Origin: an uncultured Hormoscilla sp.
GTDB taxonomy: Bacteria; Cyanobacteriota; Cyanobacteriia; Cyanobacteriales; Desertifilaceae
Length of the DNA: 64,000 nucleotides
NCBI GenBank assembly: GCA_963921275.4
Contig: OZ001293.3
Coordinates: 3,232,001-3,296,000 of the forward strand
Direction: 5' to 3'
In this document: positions 37,497 through 50,797 of the stretch, in pieces
Numbering within the stretch: the first letter of the stretch is position 1
Layout: every line of letters begins with the position of its first letter
Translations under genes and position numbers: made by a program
Notes under the pieces: model-generated
Database searches by the model: none
Told to the model about the DNA's origin: nothing
The model's input: only the letters and a program-made list of their open reading frames with translations

Positions 37497-38011
37497 ACCT
37501 CAACCTCAACCTCAACCTCGACCTCGACCTCGACTTCAACCTCAACCTCAACCTCGACCTCAAGCTCTACCTCGACATCGACTTCTACCTAAAACAGCAG
37601 TTTCCCGATCGCGAAGACCGTAACAACCGAGACACCAAATATAAATCGGAAGAAGTGCTACGTCAACTAGAACAGCAGCTTCCCGATCGCGAAGACCGTA
37701 ACAACAACTGGTGGCGAGAAAATGGTTCTGCATGGATTGAGCAATTAAGAGCTATAATGATTAAATACTGCGGTCATGACTGGCAGCTTAACGATAAGCA
37801 GAAAGAATCACTGAATAAGTATCACTATGCCAATAAGTTGCTGCTAGATTGCCTCAATAGCGATTCGGATTTCAGTAGAGAGATTGAAGATACTTTGTTT
37901 CTGCCTATTTCTGATATTCGGGAACGGCAGAGACTGCCCATCACAGAGCGATCGCCCATTCTAAAGATTCTGTGGCGAGGACTGATAAGCAGCATTAGCA
38001 AAAATAATTAA
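37497..38011 (+). pseudogene. NACHT NTPase C-terminal remnant with CTC(A/G)AC hexamer tract
   Basis: (LN/LD)n-type repeat, then QQLPDR..WWRENGSAWIEQLR..GHDWQ..YANKLLLDCLNS; no NTPase domain upstream. Confidence 0.6.
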
Positions 38012-38128
38012 TCTAGCATCATTTTAGTATAATCAACAGCTAAAATAACAATATTTTTAGTCGATTTTAACCGACTTGAGCTATTAGCAGGGGGTTTGAA
38101 CCCCCTGCGGGGTAACTAGTAAGAGGAA

Positions 38129-39442
38129 ATGAGTTTAACTACGATCAATGCCTTGAGTTTATTTTCTGGCTGTGGCGGGTGCAGTCTCGGTCTCAAGCAA
38201 GCCGGATTTGCTGTTAAACTGGCAGTGGATATTGATGCCGACTCTTGCGAAACTTATGCTGTTAATCTGGGACGGGAAACTCTCTGGCCCGTCGATCGCG
38301 TAGCGTGCGCGCAGCGCATTCTTTCTCACGTTCAGCCAGCAGAATTGTTAGGCCGATCGGGCCTGGACCCCACCGTTCCGGAAAAATCGGAACTAGATAT
38401 AATAGTAGGCGGACCTCCTTGTCAAGGATTTAGTTCAGCCGGGAGCAAAGATTGGGCAGACCCCAGAAATATATTATTGAAAAAGTTCGTGAAAATTGTC
38501 ACCAGTTTGCAGCCCACATGGTTTATCATAGAAAATGTCGAGGGTTTGCTCACCGCTAAAGAGGGCTTCTTTACGATCGAGGCGATCGCCAGATTCCTAG
38601 AGGCAGGTTATTGGGTGAAAGCGAAAAAAGTCTACATGGAACAGTACGGCTTACCGCAAAAGCGCAAGCGGGTATTTGTGGTCGGCAACTTGGAACAATG
38701 TCAGTTTGAATTTCCCCCAATAACCTACTACAACTCAAATCAACTGTCACTGTTCGATTTTTCGCGCAGCGATCTGCACCCTCAGCTATCCATCCTCGAC
38801 GCCATTGGGGACTTGCCAGCAGCTTCCGAATCGGGTATAGTAGTTTATGATCGATCGGGCTACGGTCCACTTCGCCGCCAAGACGGTAAACCAGTGCTGC
38901 ACCATCAACTCAAACAAGTGAATAGTCTCACCCAAGAGAGAATTAATTTGCTCGCCCCCGGTGCCACCATGAAAGATTTGCCAAAACATCTGCAACATGC
39001 CAGTTTTAACAGACGTGCTACCAGAAGAGTTATGGATGGCACCCCCACGGAAAAGCGCGGGGGCGCACCGAATGGCTTAAAGCGCTTATTGGCAAAGGAA
39101 CCCTCCCTCACTATCACCTCTGCTTCTCCTAGGGAATTTGTCCACCCGATCGAGAATCGACTGCTAACATTGAGAGAATGCGCCCGCCTTCAATCTTTTC
39201 CCGACTGGTACGAATTTCAGGGATCCTGGAGTTCAATTGCCACTCAAATAGGCAATGCAATTCCCCCAATGTTTATGAACTTACTAGCTACATATATTGG
39301 GGCGATCGCCACTTGGGAGGCAAAGAGAAATTCCCCAGGACGTTGGTTAGGAATTGATGCCACCAAATCTCGCAGCAAGAGTCCCAAATTAGCTAAAATG
39401 CTGGCCGAACTAGATCGCAAAACCTACAACTATGTTAGATAA
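38129..39442 (+). CDS. DNA (cytosine-5) methyltransferase
   Basis: LFSGCGG, GGPPCQGFS, IENVEG, QKRKR, RECARLQSFP, QIGNAIPP. Confidence 0.92.
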   Translation: MSLTTINALSLFSGCGGCSLGLKQAGFAVKLAVDIDADSCETYAVNLGRETLWPVDRVACAQRILSHVQPAELLGRSGLDPTVPEKSELDIIVGGPPCQGFSSAGSKDWADPRNILLKKFVKIVTSLQPTWFIIENVEGLLTAKEGFFTIEAIARFLEAGYWVKAKKVYMEQYGLPQKRKRVFVVGNLEQCQFEFPPITYYNSNQLSLFDFSRSDLHPQLSILDAIGDLPAASESGIVVYDRSGYGPLRRQDGKPVLHHQLKQVNSLTQERINLLAPGATMKDLPKHLQHASFNRRATRRVMDGTPTEKRGGAPNGLKRLLAKEPSLTITSASPREFVHPIENRLLTLRECARLQSFPDWYEFQGSWSSIATQIGNAIPPMFMNLLATYIGAIATWEAKRNSPGRWLGIDATKSRSKSPKLAKMLAELDRKTYNYVR

Positions 39443-40404
39443 AGAAACTCGTCAGTTAATTAACAAAGCCCGAACTCTAGGCGGCACGGGACTTTCTGTA
39501 TTTCTTGAAGATGACGAACTTTTACGAATCTGTGCCGTTGCTGCTATAGATTTAGACCGACAGCAGTTAGTCAACAATATTACGATGAGTGCAAATCTAG
39601 CAAATGGTTACTACGGGACACCTCTAGAATGGTTCGGGCAGCCAGTTTCCCCAAAAGTCAACTTCGAGGAGACATTTTTAATTCTCAAGCAGGCTATAGA
39701 AGACTTTCCGACCTACTTCAAGGTATTATGCGAACTGCATAAGTGTCGCTGAAATTATAACTAATATTGAAATATCAATCCATTCCGGAAATGGAACAGA
39801 TTGTCCCTCGCCGTTTGCTAGAATTCGGGTTGCGCCCTTCTGAAACACTGGCCTCTTGGTTAGTATGGGGAAAATGGCTTTATGACATCGATGATGGGTC
39901 TGCTCAAGAATCTGGTTACCTGCTTGAACCTATCTTGGCAGCGGCGATCGGTGGCGTTCCCTTTGCTGCTGCCAAGTCTCCCGTAATGCGGACAATTAAT
40001 CTACAAAAAGGACGGCAAGTAGACTGCCTTGATGGTAAACTAGCTTATGAGTTTAAGATGCGGGTTACGTCGCCGCTAGTGATCAGGGGAGATTCCAGGA
40101 GGAACTTGATTTCGCCCGTGATTGGTACGAGTCAGGTTATTCTCCCGTTCTGCTTGTTTTAGACTCTACGCCATCTTCCCGATTGGATGATATAATGGCA
40201 GGGTATTCCCGATATGGTGGTGGCGCTTACATGGGAAATGATGCCTGGAATCACATTAATGATCGTGCTGGAAAGGTGATGGGTAAGTTCGTTCAGAAAT
40301 ATGTGAGAACTCCTCTTCTTGAAGTGGACAGCACCTATACAAGTCTGCAAACGATTAGCCTGGTTAACTTGGGGACAACAATTAGAGTTCAGATGGGCGA
40401 TTGA
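39432..40404 (+). pseudogene. Putative type II restriction endonuclease, inactivated by a stop and frameshifts
   Basis: Overlaps the MTase end; QVDC..YEFK PD-(D/E)xK-like motif; three collinear ORF pieces. Confidence 0.65.
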
Positions 40405-40616
40405 TGCTTCGACATATCCCGGGATCTACCCTCGATGTGCGATGCGCATCGGGAGTAATAACCGGTGGACAAAGGGCCATAGGACCGGTTTGTCGGGGCG
40501 GGGGCCCTACCGACTCCCAGGACCTTTTTATCCTGCCGCCTGGACGGGCTTCAGCTATATATAATGAAAGGCTGTCAATGAACTATAGCAAACGTAACAT
40601 ACGAGCGAAAACCACC

Positions 40617-42419
40617 ATGCGAACTCATTACTGCGGCGAACTGCGCGCAAACCACGTTGGCGAAACTGTCACCCTCTGCGGTTGGGTGGACCGTCGCCGC
40701 GATCATGGTGGCGTGATTTTTCTCGATCTGCGCGATCGCTCCGGTGTTGTCCAAATTGTCAGCGATCCGGAACGGACGCCGGACTCCTACCTCTTGGCAG
40801 ATCGCCTGCGCAGCGAATATGTCGTGCAGATCTCGGGTCGGGTAACCCACCGTCCCGAGGAGTCTCTCAACCCCAAACTGCCTACCGGGGAAGTGGAAAT
40901 CTATGCCGACCGGATCGAACTGCTGAATGGGGTTAACAAGCAGATGCCTTTTCAAGTGGCCGCTGCGGAGGCGGAGTCCGTGCGAGAAGACCTGCGCTTG
41001 AAATATCGGTATTTGGACTTGCGGCGCGATCGCATGACGCGGAATCTCCAGTTGCGCCACGCCGTAGTCAAAGCGATCCGCCGCTACCTGGAAGACGAAC
41101 AAAATTTCATAGAAATCGAAACCCCGATCCTGACCAAGTCTACCCCAGAAGGGGCGCGGGACTATCTGGTCCCCAGTCGCGTTAATCCCAGCGAGTGGTA
41201 TGCTTTGCCCCAATCACCCCAGATATTCAAGCAGTTGCTAATGGTATCGGGGTTCGATCGCTATTACCAGATCGCCCGTTGCTTCCGGGATGAAGACTTG
41301 CGGGCCGACAGACAACCGGAGTTCACCCAGTTGGATATGGAAATGAGCTTTATGTCCCAAGAAGATATCCTCCAGTTGAATGAAGGGTTAGTCTGTCATA
41401 TCTTCAAGACCATTAAAGGGATAGAATTACCCCGTCCTTTCCCCCGCATGACCTATGCGGAAGCAATGGCCCGTTACGGATCCGATAAGCCCGATACTCG
41501 CTTTGGTTTGGAACTGGCCGACGTCTCTGACGCGGTCAAAGATTGCGGGTTTAAGGTCTTTTCAGGGGCGATCGCCTCCAGTGGGATAGTAAAAATCCTG
41601 CCCATTCCCGGCGGGGACAAAGCTATCTCCAACGTGCGGATCAAACCCGGTGGGGACTTGTTCAAGGAAGCTAGCGAAGCAGGTGCCAAAGGTTTAGCCT
41701 ACATCCGGGTGCGGGAAGGGGGCAAGCTGGACACCATTGGCGCCATTAAAGATAATCTCAGCTCCGAACAAAAAGAGGAAATTGTCAAGCGATCAGGGGC
41801 AGAACCAGGACATTTGCTATTATTTGCCGCCGATGCCGCCGATGTGGTCAACAAAACTCTGGATCGACTGCGGTTGGCGATCAGCAAAGAATTAGGGTTA
41901 ATAGATGAAAGCAAGATAGACCTGCTGTGGGTAACGGAATTCCCGATGTTTGAATGGAATGCCGACGAGAAGCGGTTAGAAGCATTACATCACCCCTTTA
42001 CGGCCCCCCATCCCGATTTTTCCGGAACGGTGGACCTAGAGGACTTGAAAACAGCCAGAGCCTGCGCCTACGATTTAGTGTATAATGGCATGGAGATAGG
42101 CGGCGGCAGTTTGCGGATATACCAGCGGGAAATCCAGGAAAGAGTCTTTGACGCGATCGGCTTATCCACGGAAGAAGCCTATAGCAAATTCGGCTTTTTG
42201 CTAGAAGCCTTTGAATATGGGACGCCGCCCCACGGAGGGATAGCCTACGGTTTAGACCGGATGGTAATGTTATTAGCAGGAGAAGAGTCAATTCGGGATG
42301 TAATTGCTTTTCCCAAAACCCAGCAGGCGCGGTGTTTGTTAACAGACGCCCCGGCGGGAGTGGATAAGAAACAATTGAAAGAATTGCACGTAGCTTCTAC
42401 TTATAAACCCAAGAGTTAG
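40617..42419 (+). CDS. aspS: Aspartate--tRNA ligase
   Basis: [48 protein letters not shown]. Confidence 0.97.
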   Translation: MRTHYCGELRANHVGETVTLCGWVDRRRDHGGVIFLDLRDRSGVVQIVSDPERTPDSYLLADRLRSEYVVQISGRVTHRPEESLNPKLPTGEVEIYADRIELLNGVNKQMPFQVAAAEAESVREDLRLKYRYLDLRRDRMTRNLQLRHAVVKAIRRYLEDEQNFIEIETPILTKSTPEGARDYLVPSRVNPSEWYALPQSPQIFKQLLMVSGFDRYYQIARCFRDEDLRADRQPEFTQLDMEMSFMSQEDILQLNEGLVCHIFKTIKGIELPRPFPRMTYAEAMARYGSDKPDTRFGLELADVSDAVKDCGFKVFSGAIASSGIVKILPIPGGDKAISNVRIKPGGDLFKEASEAGAKGLAYIRVREGGKLDTIGAIKDNLSSEQKEEIVKRSGAEPGHLLLFAADAADVVNKTLDRLRLAISKELGLIDESKIDLLWVTEFPMFEWNADEKRLEALHHPFTAPHPDFSGTVDLEDLKTARACAYDLVYNGMEIGGGSLRIYQREIQERVFDAIGLSTEEAYSKFGFLLEAFEYGTPPHGGIAYGLDRMVMLLAGEESIRDVIAFPKTQQARCLLTDAPAGVDKKQLKELHVASTYKPKS

Positions 42420-42422
42420 TCA

Positions 42423-43146
42423 ATGACAAATCTGGATAATTTGACTATCCATAGTTTCCGGAGACTGCAAGAGATCGACTTGCAGTCCTTGGGGCAAATA
42501 AACCTGTTTGTTGGAGTCAACAACTCCGGCAAAAGCAGCGTAGGCGATATCAACATACTGTCGTCCCTTAGACTCCCTAGCATGGCTAAATACCGCATCG
42601 AGAAATTAAGTCATCTCGCAAACCCCAGTTGGAAGCCCTCAAGTGGCTGTTTCCCCAGAATAGCACAGTCGGGGAATTCTATCAGGGAGAAATCCAGATC
42701 TCAGGGGATGGTAAATTTAGGGTAAGGGAGTTGATGATTTAGAAACAGCCATTCATACCTGAGTACTTAAACCTGCATTATCGTGGCTAGTTCAAGCCTG
42801 TCAGCAGATGGACGTACAGCTATTTGCAACAACTCACAGTTTGGAAACCGTAGACGAACTATTGGACGCTTCTGAAGCAATAGCAGATTTAGTTCTCTAT
42901 CGGTTATATCCAGGGCAAGCGCAAGAAAAATTTTGCATGTGGTATGGACCCACGAAAATTGCGAGTGGACTGTGCCCTATTCGCACTTCTTGAAGGCAAT
43001 CATTCTCATGATAGTTGATAATAGATGCCCCAAGCATGATTCTGGCGCTTACCCTGCGGTTATATTCACGGGAGTCGCGGACGAAATTGATCCGAAACGA
43101 TTGGAAACGGCTGTGGGAAGATGTAGGTATGGAGGTGCGCTGGTGA
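42423..43146 (+). pseudogene. Decayed copy 1 of the AAA/ABC ATPase
   Basis: Same N-terminus (GVNNSGKSS) and C-terminal pieces (VQLFATTHSLE) as 43294-44454, with deletions and frameshifts. Confidence 0.8.
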
Positions 43147-43293
43147 GGTATGCTATTAGAGTGGAATTGTTTGCTGGCATTGGCGGGTTGCGATCTAGCA
43201 TGGCATCTGCTAACATAGAATGGGCGAATGATATCAGTTAACTTGGCTGTCGAGTTTATGAAAGTAATTTTTGTCAAGGGGCGATCGTCTTCA

Positions 43294-44454
43294 ATGAAAA
43301 ATCTGGAAAATTTAACTATCCATAGTTTCCGGGGGCTGCCAGAGATCTGCTTGGAGTCCTTGGGGCAAATAAACCTGTTTGTCGGAGTCAACAACTCCGG
43401 CAAAACCAGCGTGTTAGAGGCGATATCAACATACTGTCGCCCATTAGACCCGCTAGCATGGCTAAATACGGCATGGCGTCGAGAGATCAAGTCATCTCGC
43501 AAACCCCAGTTGGAAGCCCTCAAGTGGCTGTTTCCCCAGAATGGTACAGTCGGGGAGTTTTATCAGGGAGAAACCCATATCTCTGGGGATGGCAAATTTA
43601 CGGTGAGGGAGTCCCGATCGATCTATCAAGAGTTTGAAGAAATTTGGGCAGATCCCGATCGCAGCATTGGTCGGGCGTTCCCATCAGCGGGGAATTTAGC
43701 TTACGACATCGAGGAGGTAAATTTAGGTCCTGCTACTGTTGTGCGGGGTGCAGAAGTACAGTTGAAAGCTACAATAGAGAAAGAAGAAAAGTTGCCCGAT
43801 CTGGAAATATCGGAAAGCTTCGTAATATGGGAGAATAGGAGTTTCGTCAAGCGGCGCCAACCTGGGACTGGGGAAGGAAAATCAGAGATTATGCTGTCGG
43901 TTGATGCGGTGACACCATTTGCTCACGCGATCGAACAGTTACAAGTAGAATTGCTATCAGAAGCGACTTTAGCGGGATTCAAGCCAGAAGTCATCAAATT
44001 ACTCCAGGTAATGGATAAAGAAATCGATGACTTACAAATATTATCGCATCGCGGGGATAGTCCGAGGCTCTATGTTAGCCACAAACAGACAGGAATGGGG
44101 CCATTAAGTGCTTGCGGAGAGGGAGTTTGTCGTCTGCTGTCCATCGCCTTAACTTTGGCCAAAGTGCGAGGAGGAGTTCTACTGATTGATGATTTAGAAA
44201 CTGCGATTCATACTGAAGTGCTCAAACCCTCATTTTCCTGGCTGGTTCAATGGTGTCAGCAGATGGACGTGCAGCTATTTGCAACAACTCACAGCTTGGA
44301 AACCGTTGACGAACTCTTGAGTGCTTCTAAGATAGCACCAGATTTGGTGCTATATCGATTATATCCACGGGAGTCGCGGACTAAATGGCTGAGAATAGAT
44401 CGCGATCGACTGCAACGAGTGCGGCAAGATTTGGGTATGGAGGTGCGCTGGTGA
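43294..44454 (+). CDS. AAA_15/AAA_21-type ABC ATPase (copy 2, intact)
   Basis: Walker A GVNNSGKT, Walker B LLIDDLETAIH, H-loop ATTHS. Confidence 0.88.
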   Translation: MKNLENLTIHSFRGLPEICLESLGQINLFVGVNNSGKTSVLEAISTYCRPLDPLAWLNTAWRREIKSSRKPQLEALKWLFPQNGTVGEFYQGETHISGDGKFTVRESRSIYQEFEEIWADPDRSIGRAFPSAGNLAYDIEEVNLGPATVVRGAEVQLKATIEKEEKLPDLEISESFVIWENRSFVKRRQPGTGEGKSEIMLSVDAVTPFAHAIEQLQVELLSEATLAGFKPEVIKLLQVMDKEIDDLQILSHRGDSPRLYVSHKQTGMGPLSACGEGVCRLLSIALTLAKVRGGVLLIDDLETAIHTEVLKPSFSWLVQWCQQMDVQLFATTHSLETVDELLSASKIAPDLVLYRLYPRESRTKWLRIDRDRLQRVRQDLGMEVRW

Positions 44455-45227
44455 GGTATGCTATCATTGGGGTTGAGGGACCGCAAGACCAAGCATTTGT
44501 TGGCAAGGTACTCAAGCAGCTACTGGGTTTCAAAGATTTTAGAAAGGAGTTGGGAGGATTAGAGGATAATTTGGACAAGTTCTGGCGCAAGTTTAAACCA
44601 AATTATCCCAAAGACGGAAATTTGTACAAGCGTCTGGATATGCCATCGATCCTGTATAATGATTCAGTTTCGGTGGCCATATATCCAGGAGAGGGGAGTA
44701 ACTTAGTGAATAGTTTGGATGAGTTTATCCGAAATAATCCTCCTTATCAAGAAGAACTGATGGCATTTGGGATTGTAGCAGATGCCGATCGGAAAGCGCC
44801 AGATGCGGTTGTGAAACCCTACTGTAATTGCTTTCGCAGCTATTTCCCTAATTTTCCTGACCTTGCTGGGGTGGTCGATACCAGCGTTCCTCGCACGGGA
44901 ATATACGTGTTCCCCGATAATGTTAACCCGGGAGTGTTGGATACTTTGCTATGTCTTTGTGGAGAAGTTGCTTATCCCGAGTACCTGGAAAGGGCCCAAG
45001 AGTATCTTGACAAGTTCTCGCCAGAGGAGAGAAAATCTCTGAAGTGGAAACCGTTCGATCGGGAAAAGGCCCTAGTTGCTACCGTGGTCAGCGTGCTGAA
45101 ACCGGGGAAAACCAATACCGTGAGTATAGCAGATAATAATTGGGTGAGTGGGCAAACGGAAACTGAGGTGACGGCGCTAGCTAATTTCAGAGATTTTTTG
45201 AGGGAACTTGTGAGTGTGGATGGATGA
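44451..45227 (+). CDS. DUF3226-like TOPRIM-fold protein (copy 2, intact)
   Basis: GVEGPQD and GIVADAD motifs; VFPDN..G.L; GTGA overlap with the ATPase. Confidence 0.7.
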   Translation: MRYAIIGVEGPQDQAFVGKVLKQLLGFKDFRKELGGLEDNLDKFWRKFKPNYPKDGNLYKRLDMPSILYNDSVSVAIYPGEGSNLVNSLDEFIRNNPPYQEELMAFGIVADADRKAPDAVVKPYCNCFRSYFPNFPDLAGVVDTSVPRTGIYVFPDNVNPGVLDTLLCLCGEVAYPEYLERAQEYLDKFSPEERKSLKWKPFDREKALVATVVSVLKPGKTNTVSIADNNWVSGQTETEVTALANFRDFLRELVSVDG

Positions 45228-45375
45228 AAAAGGATAAACTAAAAGCTGTGGAATTGTTTGCTGGTATTGGCGGGTTTCGCCTATGGCATCTGCTAACATA
45301 GAATGGGCGAATGATATCAGGACACTTTGCTGTCAAGTTGATGAAAGTAATTTTGGGAAAGGGGCGATCGTCTTA
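45224..45375 (+). pseudogene. 5' fragment of the 48133 C5-MTase (another at about 43160-43292)
   Basis: MKKDKLKAVELFAGIGGFR, near-identical DNA to 48133-48290. Confidence 0.8.
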
Positions 45376-45376
45376 A

Positions 45377-47367
45377 ATGAAAAATCTGGAAAATTTAACT
45401 ATCCATAGTTTCCGGGGGCTGCCAGAGATCTGCTTGGAGTCCTTGGGGCAAATAAACCTGTTTGTGGGAGTCAACAACTCCGGCAAAACCAGCGTGTTAG
45501 AGGCGATATCAACTTACTGTCGTCCTTTGGATGGGGTCGAGCCGGGAATCGCTTCCCGACCCTCCCTTGAGGAACCGGACTTGCGATTTTCACCGCATCC
45601 GGCTACTGGGTACTAGGCCCTTTTCATAGGTAGACTTAATAGGAATTACTTCCGTTAGCCCTTGCCGCCTGTCTTTTCTTCCCTTTCCTGGTTTAGCGAG
45701 TGGTTGTTCTGATAACCGTTAGTATCACCATTTTCAAGTCAGTTTTACCAGTTATCCATACCTTATCCTCCACTTGCGTTTCGGATTAGTTCCGTGGCTT
45801 TTTAGGATTACTCATTCCAGCAGCTTCCTAGTATCACCGACCCACGTCAGCGCTGGCTACCCAGCATCATCTACATTACTGTAGATGTTATCCCAGGAAT
45901 TACCCCGGGCATTCGCTTCTTGGGCCATCCCTCCCCCCGTGGCTTGCGCTTAACATCTAACTTGTCCTGATGGACAGCACACGAGAGGTTACTTCGTTCC
46001 CTAACAACATTTCGCGATACCTTTAGGTCCACACTATACCCCGGGAGCTATTTGAGTACTATATTAGCCAGAGTCTAAAACTAATACTAGCTACCATTTC
46101 CTTTTTAGGCCAGCGCATATAGCCTTATTTCGCTGGTTCCTTATAACGAGGCTTGCACATGTTTGCCTGCTCTAACCTTGGATATCTTTCCTAGCGGCGT
46201 CACCGGCTTAGGCTGCCAGTTATCCTACATTTGAGTCCTCGCTTAGCACCACGATGATGTCGCTTCGTAGCACCGAGGACCGGTGTCACCCCCGTCCCCC
46301 GTACCTGGGGGGAGGGGAATTTAACCCCCATGCGGTCAGAGTTCCCGGCTAATGAAACCGGGCTAGCGTTCCGTGTTTGACCACGTTAGGCTAGAACGAA
46401 TCGCACAGACCCCCTAGGGTGGCTAAATACGGCATGGCGTCGAGAGATAAAGTCATCTCGCAAACCCCAGTTGGAAGCCCTCAAGTGGCTGTTTCCTCAG
46501 AATAGTACAGTCCCCGTCGGGGAGTTTTATCAGGGAGAAACCCATATCTCAGGGAATGGCAGATTTCCGGTGAGGAAGTCGAAAGCGATCTACCGAGAGT
46601 TTGAAGGAACAAAGCCATACCCTGATAAAATTGAGGATGACATTGAATACGAGGAAACGCAAACTGTTAGAGGTGCAGAATTAGAGCTAAACGTTGTCCA
46701 ACTCAGTTCAGATTATTTGCCATATAAGCATGAGGAATTATCGACAAATTTTCAAATTTGGGAAAATGAGCGTTTTGTTAATCGTGGCAGGCGCTCAAAA
46801 ATAGAGCTGCCAGTCGAGACAGTCACTCCAGTTTCTCACCGCATTGAGAAGTTACAAATGGAATCGTTATCAAAAGCGACTTTCCATGAGTTAAAGCAAG
46901 ATATCATCAAATTACTCCAAGTAATGGACGAGGGAATTATCGACTTAGATGTTCTATACGATACTGGAGGTACTCCGAGACTTTATCTCAAGCACAAACA
47001 GATAGGGCGATCGCCGTTAAGTGCTTTCGGTGATGGTGTCCGTTGTCTGCTGTACATCGCCTCAAGTTTGGTCAAAGTGCGAGGGGGAGTTCTGCTGATT
47101 GACGAACTAGAAACAGCCATTCATACTGAAGTGCTCAAACCCTCATTTTCGTGGCTAGTTCAATGGTGTCAGCAGATGGACGTGCAGCTATTTGCAACAA
47201 CTCACAGCTTAGAAACCGTTGACGAACTCTTGAGTGCTTCTAAGATAGCACCAGATTTGGTGCTATATCGATTATATCCACGGGAGTCGGAGACTAAATT
47301 GCTCAGAATAGATCGCGATCGACTGCAACGGCTGCGGCAAGATGTGGGTATGGAGGTGCGCTGGTGA
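45377..47367 (+). pseudogene. AAA/ABC ATPase copy 3, join(45377..45528,46407..47367), interrupted by an antisense intron
   Basis: CCT TT|A GAC restores CRPLDPL; LLIDELE, ATTHS. Confidence 0.85.
45529..46406 (-). mobile_element. ORF-less group II intron F, copy 2 (878 nt, 7-nt internal duplication)
   Basis: Near-identical to 13643-14511 and 56762-57632. Confidence 0.92.
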
Positions 47368-48143
47368 GGTATGCTATCATTGGGGTTGAGGGACCGCAAG
47401 ACCAAGCATTTGTTGGCAAGGTACTCAAGCAGCTACTGGGTTTCAAAGATTTTAGAAAGGAGTTGAGAGGATTAGAGGATAATTTGGACAAGTTCTGGCG
47501 CAAGTTTAAACCCAACTATCCCAAAGACGGAGATTTGTACAAGCGTCTAGACATGCCATCGATCCTGTATAATGATTCTGTTTCGGTGGCAATCTACGCA
47601 GGAGAGGGGAGTAACTTAGTGACTAATTTGGAGAGCATTATCTCCGCTCATACTCCCTATCAAAAAAAACTGATGGCATTTGGGATTGTAGCAGATGCCG
47701 ATCGCAAAGCGCCAGATGCGGTTGTGGAACCCTACTGTAATTGCTTTCGCAACTACTTTCCTAATTTTCCAGATCGGGCTGGGGCGATCGATACCAGCGT
47801 TCCTCGGACGGGAATTTACGTGTTCCCCGATAATGTTAAACCGGGAGTGTTGGAGACTTTGCTATGTCTTTGTGGGGAAGTTGCTTATCCCGATTACCTG
47901 GAAAGGGCCTAAGAGTATCTTGAGAAGTTATCGCCAGAGGAGAGAAAATCTCTGAAGTGGAAACCGTTCGATCGGGAAAAGGCTTTAGTTGCTACTGTGG
48001 TCAGCGTGTTGAAACCGGGGAAAACCAATACCGCGAGTATAGCAGATAATAATTGGGTGAGTGGGCAAACGGAAACTGAGGTGACGGCGCTAGCTAATTT
48101 CAGAGAGTTTTTGAGAGAACTTGTGAGTTTTGATGAAGGATAA
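47364..48143 (+). pseudogene. DUF3226-like TOPRIM protein copy 3 with a premature stop
   Basis: CAA in copy 2 is TAA at 47910-47912; frame continues to 48143. Confidence 0.8.
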
Positions 48144-49284
48144 ACTAAAAGCTGTGGAATTGTTTGCTGGGATTGGCGGGTTTCGCCTGGGCATGGCAGC
48201 TGCTAACATAGAAACGGTATGGGCGAACGATCTCAGTACAGTTTGCTGTCGAGTTTATGAAAGTAATTTTGGTCAAGAGGCGATCGTCTTAGGGGATATT
48301 AGCAAAATCAATCCTGAAGAGATCCCCGAACACGACATTTTGACAGCGGGTTTTCCTTGCCAACCCTTCAGTCCGGCGGGTAAGAAACAAGGGGTGCGAG
48401 ATCTACGCGGAACGCTTTTCCAGCGCATTGTGGAAATTCTCCAGGTCAAACAACCGCAATATTTTTTGCTCGAAAATGTGAAAAGAATTCTGACAATGGA
48501 AAAGGGTCATCACTTCCGAGTAATTTTATCGGCATTGGTGGAGTTAAACTACGCGATCGAATGGCGGATCGTTAATCCGATAATATTGGGAATTCCCCAA
48601 AGTAGAGAAAGAGTTTTTATTATGGGAACGAAATGCGATCGGTTGAGTCCAATACCCGACTTAGAAAGATTATCAGTATTTTTGACCGATAATGATGGGG
48701 ATAGTTTAGGAAATTGGGAAAATGGTCTGTTGCCAATTAGGGAGGTAAGCAGTAAGAACTATAACTGGGGTATTGCTTACAATAATCAGATGTATACTCA
48801 GCAGTTACCACCATTGCCTGACATCAAACCCAGAAAGAAACTGAAGGATATTCTCCAATATGATTCCGAACTCGGTACCCAGTTTGATTTTACTGCGGAC
48901 ACGATCGATCGCATCAAGCAGAGTCAAGCAGTAAATCGCTATTGCAATGGGGTGGAAATATTATATAATCAGAAAGGAGGGGCGCGTTTGGGATATACTA
49001 TATTTGGGATTAACGGTGTGGCATCGACCTTAACGGCATCAACATCAAGGCATTACGAACGGTATCGGGTAGGCGATCGCTTTCGCCGGTTAACGCATGT
49101 CGAGTATGCCCGTTTAATGGGATTTCCTGATGACTGGTGCCGGGTGGCGAGAGTCTACGATCGATATGCCTTATTTGGGAATGCGGTAGTGCCAGCTTGT
49201 GTAGAGTGGATCTGCAAAAGAATTGGCCAGCAAAATTTTGAATTAAAGCATCCACAATGGCAACAACTGACTTTAGCAATTTAA
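48133..49284 (+). CDS. DNA (cytosine-5) methyltransferase
   Basis: ELFAGIGG, GFPCQPFS, LENVK, QSRER, ARLMGFP, GNAV. Confidence 0.93.
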   Translation: MKDKLKAVELFAGIGGFRLGMAAANIETVWANDLSTVCCRVYESNFGQEAIVLGDISKINPEEIPEHDILTAGFPCQPFSPAGKKQGVRDLRGTLFQRIVEILQVKQPQYFLLENVKRILTMEKGHHFRVILSALVELNYAIEWRIVNPIILGIPQSRERVFIMGTKCDRLSPIPDLERLSVFLTDNDGDSLGNWENGLLPIREVSSKNYNWGIAYNNQMYTQQLPPLPDIKPRKKLKDILQYDSELGTQFDFTADTIDRIKQSQAVNRYCNGVEILYNQKGGARLGYTIFGINGVASTLTASTSRHYERYRVGDRFRRLTHVEYARLMGFPDDWCRVARVYDRYALFGNAVVPACVEWICKRIGQQNFELKHPQWQQLTLAI

Positions 49285-49302
49285 AATAGAGAGTCGCAGA
49301 AG

Positions 49303-50797
<1,495 letters not shown>

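Noticed and set aside
40401..40616. 72-aa N-terminal extension of AspS
   Set aside because: Open frame through a repeat and promoter region; the conserved protein starts at MRTHYCG.
43620..46820. DGR-type variable region between the ATPase copies
   Set aside because: Differences include indels and all bases, not adenine-specific substitutions.
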